Shown one piece after another: positions 61,974-64,000 of a DNA stretch of 64,000 nt. Source of the stretch: an uncultured Actinomycetes bacterium (lineage in GTDB: Bacteria; Actinomycetota; UBA4738; HRBIN12); assembly GCA_963810945.1 (NCBI GenBank), contig CAWEPI010000008.1:6645-70644 (forward strand), in the 5' to 3' direction. The number at the start of each line of letters is the position of its first letter. Position 1 is the first letter of the stretch. Position numbers and translations under genes: made by a program. A model generated the notes under the pieces. The model searched no databases. It worked only from the letters and a program-made list of their open reading frames with translations, and was not told where the DNA came from.

Positions 61974-62669
61974 ATGGCTGAAGAACGCGAGCCGATCCGC
62001 GTGCTGCTCGCAGACGGGCACGCCTTGTTCCGCGAAGCGGTGACGAGTGTGCTCCAGGGCGAGAGCGACATCATCGTCGTCGGTGACGCATCCGACGGCT
62101 CCGCGGCGATCGCCGAAGTCGAGCGGACTCGTCCGGATTGCGTCTTCGTCGACGACCAGCCCGGATCGATCGACGGCGTCGAGGCGACGCGGAGGATCAA
62201 GGACCGCCTCCCCGAGTGCGACGTGATCCTCCTGGCGTCCGACGCGGATGAGGCGACGCTCGTCGCGTCGATCGAAGCGGGCGCGAGCGGCTACCTCACG
62301 AAGGACCGTCCGGTCGTGGAACTCATCAACGCGGTGCGCACCGTCCGTCGAGGTGAGGTGGTCGTTCCCCCTCAGATGTTGCGGTCGCTGCTTTCGGGTC
62401 TGATCCGGCGACGCAAGGAACAGGATGAGGCGATGCACCGCGTGTCTCGCCTCACCCGCCGTGAGCTGGAGGTCCTCGCGCTGCTCGCCGATGGCGCCGG
62501 CAACGAGGGGATCGCGGAGAGCCTCTTCATCAGCCCGCAGACGGCGCGGACGCACGTCCAGAACCTGATCGCGAAGCTGGGACTGCATTCGAGGCTCGAG
62601 GCGGCGATGTTCGTCGCGCGCAACGGCATGCTTCGAGAGCTCGTGGAGCTCACCCCCCAGAGTGGCTAG
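61974..62669 (+). CDS. NarL/LuxR response regulator
   Basis: VLLADGH, CVFVDD, GYLTK, LTRRELEVL...TARTHVQNLIAKLGLHSR. Confidence 0.92.
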   Translation: MAEEREPIRVLLADGHALFREAVTSVLQGESDIIVVGDASDGSAAIAEVERTRPDCVFVDDQPGSIDGVEATRRIKDRLPECDVILLASDADEATLVASIEAGASGYLTKDRPVVELINAVRTVRRGEVVVPPQMLRSLLSGLIRRRKEQDEAMHRVSRLTRRELEVLALLADGAGNEGIAESLFISPQTARTHVQNLIAKLGLHSRLEAAMFVARNGMLRELVELTPQSG

Positions 62670-63855
62670 CGGCATGTCCGCTCTGCACGATCGGCCACAG
62701 GTGATCCATGTCGCGACCCGCTACCTGCGCGGGGGCTCTGAAGCGCGGATCCAGGACATCGTCCGAGCGCTGCCGGACGTCGATCACCATCTGATCGTCG
62801 GGGCCGAGTCCGACGTGGATCTCGCCCGCGAACGACTCGATCCGGCGTCGCTCACGGTCGTTCGATCGCTCGTGCGGGAGCCGAACCCGCGGTCGGACGT
62901 CTCAGCCTTCCTACGGCTGGTTTCGCTGTTCCGCAGCACGCCCCATCACCTGTTGGTCACGCATCAATCGAAGGCGGGGATCCTCGGCCGTTCGGCCGGA
63001 CGGTGGGTGGGTCGGGCCTCCATCGTCCACTCGCTGTCGATGGCGAGCTTCGGTCCCGGCTACCCACGTTGGCAGGACTACCTGTTCCGCACCTTGGAGG
63101 CGCGACTCGCTCGAGCCACCGATGGGTTCACGGTGGTCGGGGCCGACCTGGCGGGCCGCTACACGAGGATCGGCGTGGCGCCCCACAAGTTCCACGTGGT
63201 CCGGTCCGATGCCGGGCTCTTCCCGAGGCCCGCTGCGGTCGACCGGATCGAGGCTCGCGAGGTGACGGGCCTGCCGTTGGACAGGCCGATCGTCCTGTAC
63301 CTGGGCAGTCTCGAGCCGCGGAAGAACGTGCTGGATCTCGTCGATCTGCTCGACCGTTCGGTCCGCGCTCGGCGTTCTCACGGGCGGCCCTTCCTGGTGG
63401 TGGCCGGGCAAGGGCCCCTCGAAGAGCCCTTGAGGGAATCGCTACGCCGGCGCGGCCTCGCAGGCGATTCCGTCTTGCTGGGGTTCGTCGAACGACCGGC
63501 ATCCCTCGTCGCCGCAGCGGACGCGCTCATCCTCCTCAGCCGGGTGGAGGGTCTTCCCCAGGTGCTGGTGCAGGCCGCCGCCGCGGGGACGCCGTTCGTC
63601 TCCTACGAGGTCGACGGAGCGCGCGAACTCCTGGAGCTCGGCGCGGTGGGGGCCGTCGTTCCCACGGGTGACCTTCCGGCCGCCGCGGACGCCCTCGGCC
63701 GGGTCCTGTCATCGGATCGCCCCGCCGCGACCCTCGATCTCGCCTCATGGTCACCCGACGCGATCGCCGAGGCCTACCGGCGGGTCCTGCACCCACTCGT
63801 GCATGCCTCCCTCGCCGGGTCGGAGATCAGACGCAACCCCGTCCATCCTGCGTAG
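62662..63855 (+). CDS. Glycosyltransferase family 4 (GT-B)
   Basis: VTHQSKAG, LYLGSLEPRKN, SRVEGLPQVLVQA (E-x7-E motif with the second Glu as Gln). Confidence 0.9.
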   Translation: MASGMSALHDRPQVIHVATRYLRGGSEARIQDIVRALPDVDHHLIVGAESDVDLARERLDPASLTVVRSLVREPNPRSDVSAFLRLVSLFRSTPHHLLVTHQSKAGILGRSAGRWVGRASIVHSLSMASFGPGYPRWQDYLFRTLEARLARATDGFTVVGADLAGRYTRIGVAPHKFHVVRSDAGLFPRPAAVDRIEAREVTGLPLDRPIVLYLGSLEPRKNVLDLVDLLDRSVRARRSHGRPFLVVAGQGPLEEPLRESLRRRGLAGDSVLLGFVERPASLVAAADALILLSRVEGLPQVLVQAAAAGTPFVSYEVDGARELLELGAVGAVVPTGDLPAAADALGRVLSSDRPAATLDLASWSPDAIAEAYRRVLHPLVHASLAGSEIRRNPVHPA

Positions 63856-63918
63856 ACGTCCTACGGTCGCCGGGGGTCAGGCCCGCCCCCCGAACTCCCT
63901 ACGCGTAGGCCATTTACG
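63851..63918. promoter_or_regulatory. Two tandem CGTA-N7-TACG sites
   Basis: CGTAgacgtccTACG (63851-63865) and CGTAggccattTACG (63904-63918), probably upstream of a gene beyond the window. Confidence 0.6.
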
Positions 63919-64000
63919 GCGATCCACGCATGTCCCGGCGTTGGTCCGAGGAGACACTCGGCCGCACATCGTGGCCCGGGGCGATCCGATGTTCTCCGGT

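Overview
High-GC bacterial chromosome segment, most likely a deep-branching actinobacterium (inferred from tRNA-Thr/tRNA-Met-tuf-rpmG-hadAB-like-tRNA-Trp-secE-nusG-rplK-rplA synteny). Many genes at 1-20 kb and 55-62 kb carry frameshifts that look like long-read indel errors, so their boundaries are approximate. Layout: (i) 1-7.9 kb, polysaccharide locus with a WbpA/B/D/E-like diacetamido-uronic acid pathway, CapD/PglF and Wzc; (ii) 8-15 kb, surface-protein block (Calx-beta protein, TPR lipoprotein, Thr-rich collagen-like protein, YfhO-like membrane glycosyltransferase, orphan XRE); (iii) 15-31 kb, translation cluster on the minus strand, interrupted by accessory genes including a cyclase-YVTN-solute-binding fusion, a coiled-coil protein and an RTX-repeat protein; (iv) 31-48 kb, accessory block between tRNA-Met and tRNA-Thr (flavoprotein monooxygenase, lipid-remodelling cluster, secreted proteins); (v) 48-64 kb, second Wzx/Wzy polysaccharide locus with a nucleotidyltransferase-fold/thymidylate-kinase-fold fusion, a second P-loop kinase and a histidine kinase with two NarL-type regulators. 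Best leads: the kinase/nucleotidyltransferase module in the polysaccharide locus, a recurring intergenic palindrome CGTA-N7-TACG across 42-64 kb, and a conserved ~95-nt intergenic element with a GNRA-capped stem (two good copies, one degenerate).
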